A stretch of 64,000 nucleotides of DNA from Thermoproteota archaeon (GCA_029258835.1 JAPDJY010000031.1:40-64039); one strand, 5' to 3'; counted from the stretch's first letter, positions 35,495-44,771 are shown. Notes: generated by a model not told the origin, from the sequence alone. A program made the numbers and translations.

Positions 35495-38068
35495 TCACAC
35501 GATGCTCCTCTCCCAAAGATATTCTTCTGTTAATGTCGTCTCCTCCCCTTCTATGATTTTCCTGAGAGAACTTGCCGCCCCATTCTTTGAGAGGGGCTGA
35601 TTGTTAGAGCCACACTGCCACGAGTAAGTGCAGTTTGGGCAGCCGCTCTCACTCTTACACTCACATTCCTCAAGTATTATCAGCGCCCTCCTGAACGCCT
35701 CTTCCAAGTTATTATAGAGCAGGAGGGAGATCCCGTTCCCCCCAGGGCACGCATCGTAGGCGAATATGACCCCCGATGAACCCATCGAGACCCCGCCTAT
35801 CTCCCCGCTTCCTCCTCCCGTAAGCATGTTACTGCTTTCTAGCACTACGTGCTCCACGGCGTGGAAACTTCCCGCCAGGAACTCCTCTCTTTCTCTTCTC
35901 CCCACTTTTTCCTTCACGTCTGGCTGAGGCGCCCTAAAGGCCAGCCCAAGGGTGTTGAAAGAGTACTCTATTGGGTCCTCTAAGGCTTTGACTTCTACAA
36001 TCCTGTCGCTCACTATCTCCTTCACCACGTATTCCTCAACTACTTGGGTGATGTTAAGCTTGCAGTATGACACCTCGACGCCGAAAACCTTCCTCCTCTC
36101 CACGGTACCCAGTATTTGCGGCTGCGAGTAGAATAGGGCTTCAGTCTTGTAAGGGTAATCGTCGGGGAGCAACTCCACCTTAGCCACCCCTACACCACCC
36201 TTAAACCTAAACGACTTTGACAGGTAGTTTCGCCCCCCATGAAGGTATACTGCGTTTGGGAAGAGCTCTCTTGCAGCAAGAGGCATCTCCCTCTCCCCTA
36301 TCTTCCTCCCCTCCTCGTAGATTTCCACAACCTCCCCGATCCCCCTTATGTTATACCTCGCCGTCCTTCTCCTGGCTTCCCGTGTGGCGTAGAGTAAGCC
36401 ACCCTGTTCAGCCAGCATCCCCTCCTCCCTTAATTTTTCTATTACTGGCTGGAACTCTTGGAACTCGCCGGGCTTTAATGGTTCATCCATTGCTGCAAAA
36501 AGTATTTGGTGCTCCGCCACAACAGGGTTTCTGGGCTCAACGTAGGCAGGGTCAACGTCAGTAAAGTAGACTTCAGGATGGTTTTTATAGTATGAGCTCA
36601 TTGGGTCATTCCCTCTCAGGGCCAACACGCATAAGCCCTCCTGCCCTTTCCTTCCAACCCTCCCGGCACGCTGTGCAAAGCGGGTGTACCCTGTTATCAT
36701 GGAAATAACCACGTCAAGATCTCCTATGTCTATTCCCAGCTCAAGTGTTGGGGTTGCAACAATGCACTTCACAACGCCAGACTTGAAGTCACGTTCAACC
36801 CTACGCCTGTGGCTTTCAGGTAAGCCTGCTCTGTGAACTGGAACTAGGATCCCCCTCCTTTTAGCTATCCTCGCTATCACTTCCGCGTCCTTGTGCGTGT
36901 TGGCGAAGACCAAGGTTTTCAGTTTCTCTTTGACGCACCTACTTATCACGTCAACGATCATCGTGCTCACCGACCTAGTTGCCGGGTAAAGCATTACGAG
37001 GTGCATCACACCATGCTTCCCCTCGCTGCACGAGACTACTTCGACATCCTCGCCTACGAGGGCGCTTCCAAATTCTTTCGGGTTGCGTATGGTGGCTGAC
37101 GCTCCGATAACCTGGAATTCTCCGCACAGCCTTCTCATGCGCTTCAGAATGAAGTGGACGTTCGCCCCGAAGGCTCCAACGTACTCGTGGATCTCGTCCA
37201 TCACAATAAACTTGGCTGATGATATGAGGTGGGAGAACCGATCCCTTCTCTTCAAGTGGTAATCTATCATGTCAAAGTTCGTGATGAGGACATCGGGCGG
37301 GTTGCTGTAGATCCTGTTTCTTTCACTCGTCTGCGTGTCCCCATCTAGGACTTCAACGGTTATCCCGGCATACTTGCTTAGGGCGCGAAGCTTCGGAAGC
37401 TGATCCCTGTTAAGCGCCTTAGTTGGATATATGAAAAGGGCTTTCACCCCCCTACTTTGAGGCCTTAGCCCTCCAAATCTACTCCTGGACTGGAGTATGA
37501 GCTGGAAAACCGGGAGGGCGAAGGCCTCGGTCTTACCTGTAGCTGTCGGCGCAGCTATGATAACATGCTTTCCCTCTAAGACCTTTCGAATCGCCTCCTC
37601 CTGAAACCTGTAAAGTCTGCTTATTTCAAGCTCTTTAAGAGCTTTGACGAGGGGTTCTGCAAGGCCACTCTCCTCCACCCTCCCGCCTTTAGCCGGCTCA
37701 ACCGGCTTAAAACGGCGGTAGAGCGCAACATAGTCGCCTCCTAGCAGGATCTCCCTCACCACGGGTGGAAGGCTGGAGAGCAAAGCCCCCTCCTCTTTAA
37801 GTTCAGACTCCAGTACATGAAGCGGCTTTACGAGGCCAAGCTTCTCGAGCCTAGCTCTGCTTAACTCCTTGATGCCGCCTTCCTCGAAGGCGTCTTGAAG
37901 CTCAAGAAAGGCTTCTACTTCCGTTGATACGCTAGGCGACGTAGGGAAGCGTAAGCCGCATTCTAAGCATGAGATAATGAATCCTCCACCTTTAATCCTA
38001 GTGAACTTTAAGTTTCCGCCACATCGAGGACATGTGTACAATGTCCTTTCACCAGGAACATGGATCAC
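35495..38068 (-). CDS. DEXH-box helicase with C-terminal DUF1998/MrfA-type Zn module (YprA/MrfA-like) and N-terminal zinc ribbon
   Basis: 'CPRCGGNLKF...CLECG', motif I 'AAPTATGKT', motif II 'VMDEIHEY'. C-terminal 'ECECKSESGCPNCTYSWQCGSNNQPLSK'. Confidence 0.85.
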   Translation of the reverse strand: MIHVPGERTLYTCPRCGGNLKFTRIKGGGFIISCLECGLRFPTSPSVSTEVEAFLELQDAFEEGGIKELSRARLEKLGLVKPLHVLESELKEEGALLSSLPPVVREILLGGDYVALYRRFKPVEPAKGGRVEESGLAEPLVKALKELEISRLYRFQEEAIRKVLEGKHVIIAAPTATGKTEAFALPVFQLILQSRSRFGGLRPQSRGVKALFIYPTKALNRDQLPKLRALSKYAGITVEVLDGDTQTSERNRIYSNPPDVLITNFDMIDYHLKRRDRFSHLISSAKFIVMDEIHEYVGAFGANVHFILKRMRRLCGEFQVIGASATIRNPKEFGSALVGEDVEVVSCSEGKHGVMHLVMLYPATRSVSTMIVDVISRCVKEKLKTLVFANTHKDAEVIARIAKRRGILVPVHRAGLPESHRRRVERDFKSGVVKCIVATPTLELGIDIGDLDVVISMITGYTRFAQRAGRVGRKGQEGLCVLALRGNDPMSSYYKNHPEVYFTDVDPAYVEPRNPVVAEHQILFAAMDEPLKPGEFQEFQPVIEKLREEGMLAEQGGLLYATREARRRTARYNIRGIGEVVEIYEEGRKIGEREMPLAARELFPNAVYLHGGRNYLSKSFRFKGGVGVAKVELLPDDYPYKTEALFYSQPQILGTVERRKVFGVEVSYCKLNITQVVEEYVVKEIVSDRIVEVKALEDPIEYSFNTLGLAFRAPQPDVKEKVGRREREEFLAGSFHAVEHVVLESSNMLTGGGSGEIGGVSMGSSGVIFAYDACPGGNGISLLLYNNLEEAFRRALIILEECECKSESGCPNCTYSWQCGSNNQPLSKNGAASSLRKIIEGEETTLTEEYLWERSIV

Positions 38069-38261
38069 TTGAATACCCTAAAAAACTGACGAGGAAAGGT
38101 TTGAACTCTATCTGTGGAGTTTCACAGGTGGAGGCGGGAAATGGCTACTTCGGGAGAGATGAAGATTCACCTTTAGGCTTCTATCCTGGTTTGAGGGAAA
38201 ATTCATTAATACATGTTTGAAGCCGTTTAATTGGTAACTGTTCTGTTGGGGTGGTGTCCTC

Positions 38262-39110
38262 TTGAAGGTTTTTGGCATTGTGGCTAGCCGTAGAAGGCTT
38301 GGCAACTCCGAGATTCTCGTTAAGGAGGCGTTACTTAGGGCTAAGGAAATGGGGGCTGAGGTTGAAGCCATCAGGCTAACAGACTATGAGGTGAAGGTTT
38401 GCAAGGCATGCTACGCGTGCCTCTGGGACGAGTGCAGGATTGAAGACGACGTTAACTGGATCTTCGATAAAATGGCTGAGGCTGACGGCGTCATCTTAGG
38501 GACACCGGTTTACATCCTTATGGTTCCCGGAATACTGAAGATGCTGACTGATAGGGTTTTAAGCCAGTTTGCAAGGGTGAAAAGGTATTTTGGCAAGCCA
38601 GCAGGAGTCATAGTGACTGCTGGAAAGGAGGGATGGGAGGCGCTTGGCATGCCGACTGCAAGCATATTTCTGAACACCATGGGATTTAGGATTGTCTACA
38701 GGTTTCTGGCTTATGGCAGGGGGCCGGGGGAAGTTCTCTTGAACCCGGAGAACGTTAGAAAGGCAAGGGAGCTCGGTGAGGTTCTAGTTAGAAGTGCAAG
38801 AGGTGAAGAAGTTGAGGTAGAGTTAGAGGGATGCCCCATTTGCGGAGCGACGTTCTACGAGGTCGTAGAGGGAGGAAGGGTGAGGTGTCCCATCTGCAGG
38901 ATCGAAGGTAAGCTCGTTGAGGAAAAGGGAGGGTTTAAGCCCATCTACGACAGGGAGGAGGTTGAGAAAAGGCGGAAACCCGAGTTTTACCTTGAACACG
39001 CTGACTGGCTTAGGTGGACTAAGGAGAAGTATGAGGAGATGATGGAGGAGATCAAGAAGCTGAGGAGGAAGTATGAGGAGTTTGACCCATTCATAAGGAA
39101 GCGGGGCTGA
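38262..39110 (+). CDS. Iron-sulfur flavoprotein (Isf-like NADPH-dependent FMN reductase fold) with a C-terminal zinc-ribbon extension
   Basis: 'MKVFGIVASRRRLGNSE' and the compact Cys motif 'CKACYACLWDEC' (CX2CX2CX4C). Extension 'CPICGATFYEVVEGGRVRCPIC'. Confidence 0.7.
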   Translation: MKVFGIVASRRRLGNSEILVKEALLRAKEMGAEVEAIRLTDYEVKVCKACYACLWDECRIEDDVNWIFDKMAEADGVILGTPVYILMVPGILKMLTDRVLSQFARVKRYFGKPAGVIVTAGKEGWEALGMPTASIFLNTMGFRIVYRFLAYGRGPGEVLLNPENVRKARELGEVLVRSARGEEVEVELEGCPICGATFYEVVEGGRVRCPICRIEGKLVEEKGGFKPIYDREEVEKRRKPEFYLEHADWLRWTKEKYEEMMEEIKKLRRKYEEFDPFIRKRG

Positions 39111-39114
39111 AGCG

Positions 39115-39834
39115 TCACCGCCTTAGCCTCTCAACCTTCGGGAACCGTTTAACGGTGAGCCCGGGCTCCACTAGGAATGGCGTGAAGGAGTCCACGTCGG
39201 TGAACTTCAGAATTGGGGAGAGGTAGTCTCTTTCCCTGTTGATGACGGTTCCGGTTGCTAGGGGGTGCATTGAGGGGAGGACTAAGAGTTCTGACCCGGC
39301 GTACTCTCCGAGCAGGAAGGCTTTATACCTGAACTTTGTCCCAAACTCATCGCGTAGCACGATCGATGGGTGCTCGTGGCCCATTATTATGTACTCGGCT
39401 TTCTGTGTTGGAAGCCTGTGTCCGTGGATGAAGAGGTAGTCGCCGATTCTGGCTTCCTGAATTAATGGTAGCTCGTACTTTCTTAGAAGGGTTACGATGA
39501 AGTTGTCGTGGTTCCCCCTCACAAAGACGAGTTTAACCTTCTCTTTAACCAGCGTTTCAATGAGGTCCCTGACCTCGATCCACTCCTGTAGGCTTGCCTC
39601 CCCGAACTCGTGTTTAAAGTCGCCGTTGAGAACTAGGATGTCGGGGGATGCCTCCTCCAGCATTTCAAGGATCAAACTTTTCATCTTCGGGTACTGGCTT
39701 GCTATGAATATCCCCTCCTCTTCCCTCAGCACGTCCTCGTATCCCAAGTGGAGGTCTGCGACGACCAGAGCTCCGATCTCCTCGATCATAAGACCGAGGT
39801 CTTCGAGGAGTTTAGCCCATTTTATCGTCAGCAT
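39115..39834 (-). CDS. Metallophosphoesterase (Lhr-associated MPE type)
   Basis: 'VVADLHLGYE', 'NGDFKHE', 'RGNHDNF' and 'GHEHPS'. The gene overlaps the upstream Lhr gene by 23 nt. Confidence 0.8.
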   Translation of the reverse strand: MLTIKWAKLLEDLGLMIEEIGALVVADLHLGYEDVLREEEGIFIASQYPKMKSLILEMLEEASPDILVLNGDFKHEFGEASLQEWIEVRDLIETLVKEKVKLVFVRGNHDNFIVTLLRKYELPLIQEARIGDYLFIHGHRLPTQKAEYIIMGHEHPSIVLRDEFGTKFRYKAFLLGEYAGSELLVLPSMHPLATGTVINRERDYLSPILKFTDVDSFTPFLVEPGLTVKRFPKVERLRR

Positions 39835-42349
39835 CCTCCACCACTCTTCTGTAAAGGTATTCGAGTAGCTTCAGCCTGTCCTCCATCAGTATGACGTCGG
39901 ACAATCCTGAAAGGTATATTCCATGCGCTAATGGACTCGGCACAGGAGTCCGTACGGGTGTTACTTCGAGCTCCCCTCTCTCTATCATCCTGAGCACGGT
40001 TAGGGCGTTTTCAACGTCCATGACGTCCTCCATGATCTCCCTTTCTGTTTCCTTAACTACAGGAAAGTCGTCTAGGTCGGATACGACTCTGAGGAGCGAC
40101 TCGGCGTTTCTCATCTGCCTTTTAACCCTTATTTCGTGTCCCTTATAGTTTCTGAGCACCATGAAGCTTCTAGCAGCTACGTGGCGGAAACGCCTCTTGA
40201 ACATCTCAGTGTTCCTTATAGCCCTAGACAGGATCTCTTTAAGGTTGCTGGAGGAGACGCGGCTTATAAGCCAGTAGACGTCCACCTTCTTCCTCCTTGG
40301 AATTGTCAGCATGAAGCCGTGATCCGTAACAGTCAATCCGACGTTTACACCCATCTCCTTGCTTGCAACCCAGGCGTAAGCCCTCGAAAGGGCGTCGTTA
40401 ACCCTCCTTCCGAAGAGGAACAGGAAGATAAGGTTCTGCCTTCCATCCTCGTCCTTAAACTCCTCCACTATGAGGCTTCTGCCATCAGGTTCAACCCCGT
40501 GACGCTCAAGAAACTCCTTTTCAACCTTGAAGAGGTTTAGCAGGGAGCGTGCAGCCCACTCATTGACCCTGAACTTCCTTTTCAACTCATCTAGCCCCAC
40601 CCCCCCTCTGAACGCCTCCCCCATGAAGCGCCTTATCTCGCATGCTAGGTCGAAGCTTAAGGGGAGCATCTCGCTAAACCACGACGGAATAGTCGGCTTC
40701 TTCCCCTTAGCATCCTTAACATAGGCTTTAACCCCACTCGACCTCACAAACTCGTAAACTCTCCCCCCGAGAACGAATATGTCACCGGGTTCAAGCCTCT
40801 CCAAGAACTCCTCCTCGATGTTTCCAACGTACCGTTTCCCTGGGAGAGAGTAGACCTTTATGGCTACCTCGTCGGGTATGGTTCCAAGGTTTAGCATGTA
40901 GATCACACGTGCATACTTACCCCTCCTCCCGAAAACCCTATCCCTTTCATCATACCATATTTTACCGTAAACCTTATAGGGTTCAAGCCCGTACCCTCCT
41001 GAAAGGTATCGGAGGGTTTTCTCGAAGTCGTCCCAGCTCAGATCCTTGAACGTGTAGGATTTCCTCACAAGGCCGAATGCCTCCTCAGCATCCCACTTCT
41101 GCTCTAAAGCCATCCCGACCAAGTGCTGCGCCAGAACGTCGAGAGCATTTTTCGGATGCGACGCCCTGTCAAGCTTCCCCTCGTAGGCACACTTAACCAT
41201 GACAGCACACTCAAGGAGATCCTCATGACTCATGCATAGAAGGACACCCTTAGAAACGTCCCTTATCCTGTGCCCGGCCCTCCCGATCCTCTGAAGACAC
41301 CTTGAAATGCTCTTTGGAGATCCTATCTGGACGACGCAGTCTATGTATCCTATGTCTATTCCGAGCTCAAGGCTGGTGGAGCTCACCACAACTTTAAGCT
41401 CACCCCTTTTCAGCTTCTCTTCAACATCGAGTCTAACGTCCCTTGAGAGGCTTCCATGATGCGTCCCTATGTCATCCACCGCGACGCTGTCCTGAAGGTG
41501 GAATGCGACCCTCTCAGCGCCTGAACGCGTATTGGTAAAGATGAGCGTAGTCCTGTGCTCCCTTATTATCTCGTTAAGCCTCCTATACATCTCCTTGTTA
41601 AGCGTGTCAGCGTTCACGTGTATAAGGTCTGGGACGGGGGTTTCAACCCTTATGTCTTTCTCTTTAGCGTAGGATGCGTTAACCACCACGCAGCTCCGAC
41701 CGTTACCCACAAGGAATCGGGCCACCTCGTCTAGAGGCCATATGGTCGCTGAGAGACCTATCCTCTGGAAAGAGACAAGCCTGTTAAGCCTTTCAAGGCT
41801 TAGTGATAGGTGTGCACCTCTCTTGTTCTCGAAGAGGGCGTGGATCTCGTCTACGATGACCCAGTTGGGGGTTAGGAAACGCTTGAACCTAGTGGCGTTG
41901 AGGACTATGGCGAGGGTCTCAGGGGTTGTTATGAGTATGTGTGGAGGCTTCCTCAGCATCCTCTGCCTTTCACTAGAGGGGGTATCCCCTGTCCTGACAG
42001 CGACCCTGAAGTTAAGCCCGATCTCCTCGAGGGGGACTAGCAGGTTACGCCTGATGTCGTTGTTTAAGGCCCTTAAGGGGCTAACGTAAAGGGCGTAAAC
42101 CCTGTCGTCGAGGGAGCCGTTATCCTCCATGGAGGCGAGCTCGCTGATAACGGTCATGAAGGCTGCAAGCGTCTTTCCCGTTCCGGTGGGACTGGTGATT
42201 AGAACGTTCTCACCATTATGAATTAAGGGTATGGCCATGGCTTGGGGAGGGGTAGGCTCAAAACGCGAGTACCACCTAGCAACTCTAGGGTGTAACAGGG
42301 AGAGAATCTCGCTTTTAGAATAGGACTTGCTGGCGTACTGAATGGACAT
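39812..42349 (-). CDS. lhr: Lhr-family DEAD/DEAH-box helicase
   Basis: Motif I 'TSPTGTGKT' and motif II 'VIVDEIHAL'. The long C-terminal region is typical of Lhr-core. Probable start is 'MSIQYASKSY' at 42349; the ORF is open to 42424. Confidence 0.85.
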   Translation of the reverse strand: MSIQYASKSYSKSEILSLLHPRVARWYSRFEPTPPQAMAIPLIHNGENVLITSPTGTGKTLAAFMTVISELASMEDNGSLDDRVYALYVSPLRALNNDIRRNLLVPLEEIGLNFRVAVRTGDTPSSERQRMLRKPPHILITTPETLAIVLNATRFKRFLTPNWVIVDEIHALFENKRGAHLSLSLERLNRLVSFQRIGLSATIWPLDEVARFLVGNGRSCVVVNASYAKEKDIRVETPVPDLIHVNADTLNKEMYRRLNEIIREHRTTLIFTNTRSGAERVAFHLQDSVAVDDIGTHHGSLSRDVRLDVEEKLKRGELKVVVSSTSLELGIDIGYIDCVVQIGSPKSISRCLQRIGRAGHRIRDVSKGVLLCMSHEDLLECAVMVKCAYEGKLDRASHPKNALDVLAQHLVGMALEQKWDAEEAFGLVRKSYTFKDLSWDDFEKTLRYLSGGYGLEPYKVYGKIWYDERDRVFGRRGKYARVIYMLNLGTIPDEVAIKVYSLPGKRYVGNIEEEFLERLEPGDIFVLGGRVYEFVRSSGVKAYVKDAKGKKPTIPSWFSEMLPLSFDLACEIRRFMGEAFRGGVGLDELKRKFRVNEWAARSLLNLFKVEKEFLERHGVEPDGRSLIVEEFKDEDGRQNLIFLFLFGRRVNDALSRAYAWVASKEMGVNVGLTVTDHGFMLTIPRRKKVDVYWLISRVSSSNLKEILSRAIRNTEMFKRRFRHVAARSFMVLRNYKGHEIRVKRQMRNAESLLRVVSDLDDFPVVKETEREIMEDVMDVENALTVLRMIERGELEVTPVRTPVPSPLAHGIYLSGLSDVILMEDRLKLLEYLYRRVVEDADDKMG

Positions 42350-42474
42350 ATACTCTGATGAGGCGTTAAGGCCTATTAAGATTTTCCCGGAAGATTTTCC
42401 CGACGGCCGCGCTCCCAAGAGCAACTCCCAAGCATTGTAAAGGAGGGAGAAATGAGGGGGTTAAATGGGAGGGA

Positions 42475-42828
42475 GTGGTGGATGGAAACATATATGTTAG
42501 TGGGGTTGAATCTTTGTTGAAGAGGGAGGTGGCGGAGGAGTTGAGGGTAAAGGTTAGCTACCTTCACATGATAGCTAAGGAGGTTGGTGTGAGAGAGGAG
42601 TACGTTGACGTCGACGACGGGTCGAGCTTAAAGGTGCTAGTTAAGAGGCTGGCTGAGAAGCATGAGGACGGGTTTAGCAAGTACATTTACAGCATCAAGG
42701 AGGATGAAGTGAAAAGGCACGCCCTGATACTTTTAAATGGAAACATAATTAGGGGGAGAGATGTGGAGAGGGTGACGCTGAGGGAAGGTGACTCGGTATT
42801 TTTCGGCGTTGCTGCAGCTGGGGGGTGA
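42475..42828 (+). CDS. MoaD/ThiS/SAMP-like ubiquitin-fold protein ending in Gly-Gly
   Basis: It ends '...SVFFGVAAAGG*'. A beta-grasp-sized core starts at TTG 42541 ('LRVKVSYL..'), which follows 'ggaggag'. The listed ORF opens at GTG 42475. Confidence 0.6.
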   Translation: MVDGNIYVSGVESLLKREVAEELRVKVSYLHMIAKEVGVREEYVDVDDGSSLKVLVKRLAEKHEDGFSKYIYSIKEDEVKRHALILLNGNIIRGRDVERVTLREGDSVFFGVAAAGG

Positions 42829-42848
42829 GCCATCCCGTAGTGGGTGGG

Positions 42849-43433
42849 CTACCACAGCTTCCCCTTGTATTGCCCTATTGCGGGGCATCCTAAGCACTTA
42901 TTCTTCTTGAAGTAGGGGCAGTCCTTACAAAGTATCTTTGAGCCGCAGGGTGGCTTATCCGTTTTCTCGAAGCGCATTCTTATAGGGGCGATGAAGTCTT
43001 TCACCGAGGATATTATTATGTTGAACTCGACGCTTTGAACGTCTTCGTTAGGTCTTATGTGGGCGTCAACTATGGTCTCGATCGTCTCGATGTTTTCACC
43101 TAGGAAAAGCATGCAGACGTTCGTTCTCCCGGACACTATGAACCCGTTCATAAAGTAGGGGCAGTTCTTAAACGTTTCAAGGAGCCCTATGGGGTTCCTA
43201 GTTGTTACCTCAACCTTAGCGATGTAAACACCCATCTTCGACGGGTTAACACCTATAAGCTTAGATATAACCCCAGCTGACCTAAGCTTTCTTATCCTAA
43301 CGGCCACGGAGGGCTGGGAAAGCCCTATCCTCTCCGCGATGGATTCTTGGGAGACGTCAGGGTCTTCGCTTAAAATCGTTATTATAGCTTTATCCTTCTC
43401 ATCTAGCCTTTCAAAGGAAGACATGTCACACAC
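42849..43433 (-). CDS. Lrp/AsnC-family regulator with a C-terminal Cys-rich extension
   Basis: HTH 'SQESIAERIGLSQPSVAVRIRKLRSAGVI' and a RAM-like middle. Tail 'CGSKILCKDCPYFKKNKCLGCP'. Confidence 0.7.
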   Translation of the reverse strand: MCDMSSFERLDEKDKAIITILSEDPDVSQESIAERIGLSQPSVAVRIRKLRSAGVISKLIGVNPSKMGVYIAKVEVTTRNPIGLLETFKNCPYFMNGFIVSGRTNVCMLFLGENIETIETIVDAHIRPNEDVQSVEFNIIISSVKDFIAPIRMRFEKTDKPPCGSKILCKDCPYFKKNKCLGCPAIGQYKGKLW

Positions 43434-43612
43434 CCTTCTGGCACATAAATACGGTATACAAATAATTTATTAAAGTTCGTAACCCCTAAGTAATAAGACT
43501 TATAGGTTTAGATAGCCTGAAAGCCTTTATTCCTATTAATTTAACGCCACAGCCACTCAGCGCCAGTTTAACGGCAAGAAGGGAAATATGGATTTGAATT
43601 TTGCTTTTTAGC

Positions 43613-44032
43613 CTACTTGAGCTTTTCAAGAATTATTGATGGGCACACCCTCGTGACCCCTTCCAACGACTCCAGCTTCTTCACAAAGGCGGCGAGCTCC
43701 TCAGACCCGCTAAACCAGTATTCAACGAGTATCATGTGGTCTCCGCTTGAAGAGTATAGGCTTACGACTTCATCCATTTCCTTCAGCCTTTCCAGAAGTG
43801 CCAAGTAGTGTTCCGGTTTCGCGTCCACGCCGATCAACGCTATTTCAAACCCTATTTTTTTGGGGTCAACCTCAACAGTATACTTTCTTATTATCCCTTG
43901 CTCCTCCAGCTTCCTCACTCTTTTCCTAACCGCTGTCTCGCTTACGCCGAGCAACTCGGCGATCTTCACGAAGGGTGTCCGCGCGTTCTCTCTAAGTATT
44001 TGTAGGATCTTAAAGTTTGAAATTCGAACCAT
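43613..44032 (-). CDS. Lrp/AsnC-family transcriptional regulator
   Basis: '[40 protein letters not shown]' plus a RAM domain. ATG 44032 gives 139 aa. The longer ORF to 44161 would overlap the prx gene. Confidence 0.8.
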   Translation of the reverse strand: MVRISNFKILQILRENARTPFVKIAELLGVSETAVRKRVRKLEEQGIIRKYTVEVDPKKIGFEIALIGVDAKPEHYLALLERLKEMDEVVSLYSSSGDHMILVEYWFSGSEELAAFVKKLESLEGVTRVCPSIILEKLK

Positions 44033-44053
44033 AAAGGATAAATACTCAAACTT

Positions 44054-44063
44054 ATTTATAAAT
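44054..44063. promoter_or_regulatory. Palindromic TATA-like element shared by the divergent lrp and prx-rbr genes
   Basis: 'ATTTATAAAT' is its own reverse complement. Its centre is about 26 nt from lrp ATG (44032) and about 35 nt from prx ATG (44094). Confidence 0.4.
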
Positions 44064-44093
44064 TTAACGAACCAAAATATGGGGATAACGAAC

Positions 44094-44771
44094 ATGGAGG
44101 TCGAAGCAAGGTTCCCGTTAATAGGGGATAAAGCACCAGCATTTGAAGCACAGACAACCAAGGGGAAAATAAGGTTCCCAGACGACTACAGAGGGAAATG
44201 GGTCGTAGTGTTCTCGCACCCGGCGGACTTCACGCCGGTCTGCACGACCGAGTTCGTAGCATTCCAGAAAAGGTATGAAGAGTTTAAGAAGCTCAACTGC
44301 GAGCTAGTAGGACTCAGCATCGACCAGGTTTTCAGCCACATAAAGTGGGTTGAATGGATTAAAGAGAAAATTGGTGAAGAAATAAAGTTTCCCATAATTG
44401 CAGATGACACCGGCAGGATCGCTTGCCTGTATGGGATGATCCATCCGGGAAAGGGGACAAACACGGTTCGGGCAGTGTTCGTAATAGACCCAAAAGGAGT
44501 CGTAAGGGCGATACTCTATTACCCGCAGGAGCTCGGGAGGAACATGGACGAAGTGCTAAGAATGGTAAGGGCACTACAGATTTCAGAGGAGGAAGGCGCC
44601 GCCATGCCGGCCAACTGGCCCAACAACGAAATAATAGGAGACAATGTTATAATACCGCCGGCAATGAACGAGAACGAGGCGAAGAAGAGGCTTGAAAAGG
44701 CTAAAGCTGGAGAAATCGAGTGTTTCGACTGGTGGTTCTGCTACAAAAGCCATGAGAGTAATGAAAATTAA
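44094..44771 (+). CDS. Peroxiredoxin (archaeal Prx6-type thioredoxin peroxidase)
   Basis: '[15 protein letters not shown]' (peroxidatic Cys) and a C-terminal 'CFDWWFC' pair. The ORF's long N-terminal extension (from 43860) is rejected. Confidence 0.9.
   Translation: MEVEARFPLIGDKAPAFEAQTTKGKIRFPDDYRGKWVVVFSHPADFTPVCTTEFVAFQKRYEEFKKLNCELVGLSIDQVFSHIKWVEWIKEKIGEEIKFPIIADDTGRIACLYGMIHPGKGTNTVRAVFVIDPKGVVRAILYYPQELGRNMDEVLRMVRALQISEEEGAAMPANWPNNEIIGDNVIIPPAMNENEAKKRLEKAKAGEIECFDWWFCYKSHESNEN

Noticed and set aside
43860-44093. The 303-aa version of the peroxiredoxin ORF and the 182-aa version of the Lrp ORF (to 44161).
   Set aside because: The two extensions overlap each other on opposite strands, are hydrophobic or low in complexity and lack homology. 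Internal ATGs (44094 and 44032) give canonical-length proteins flanking a shared TATA element.
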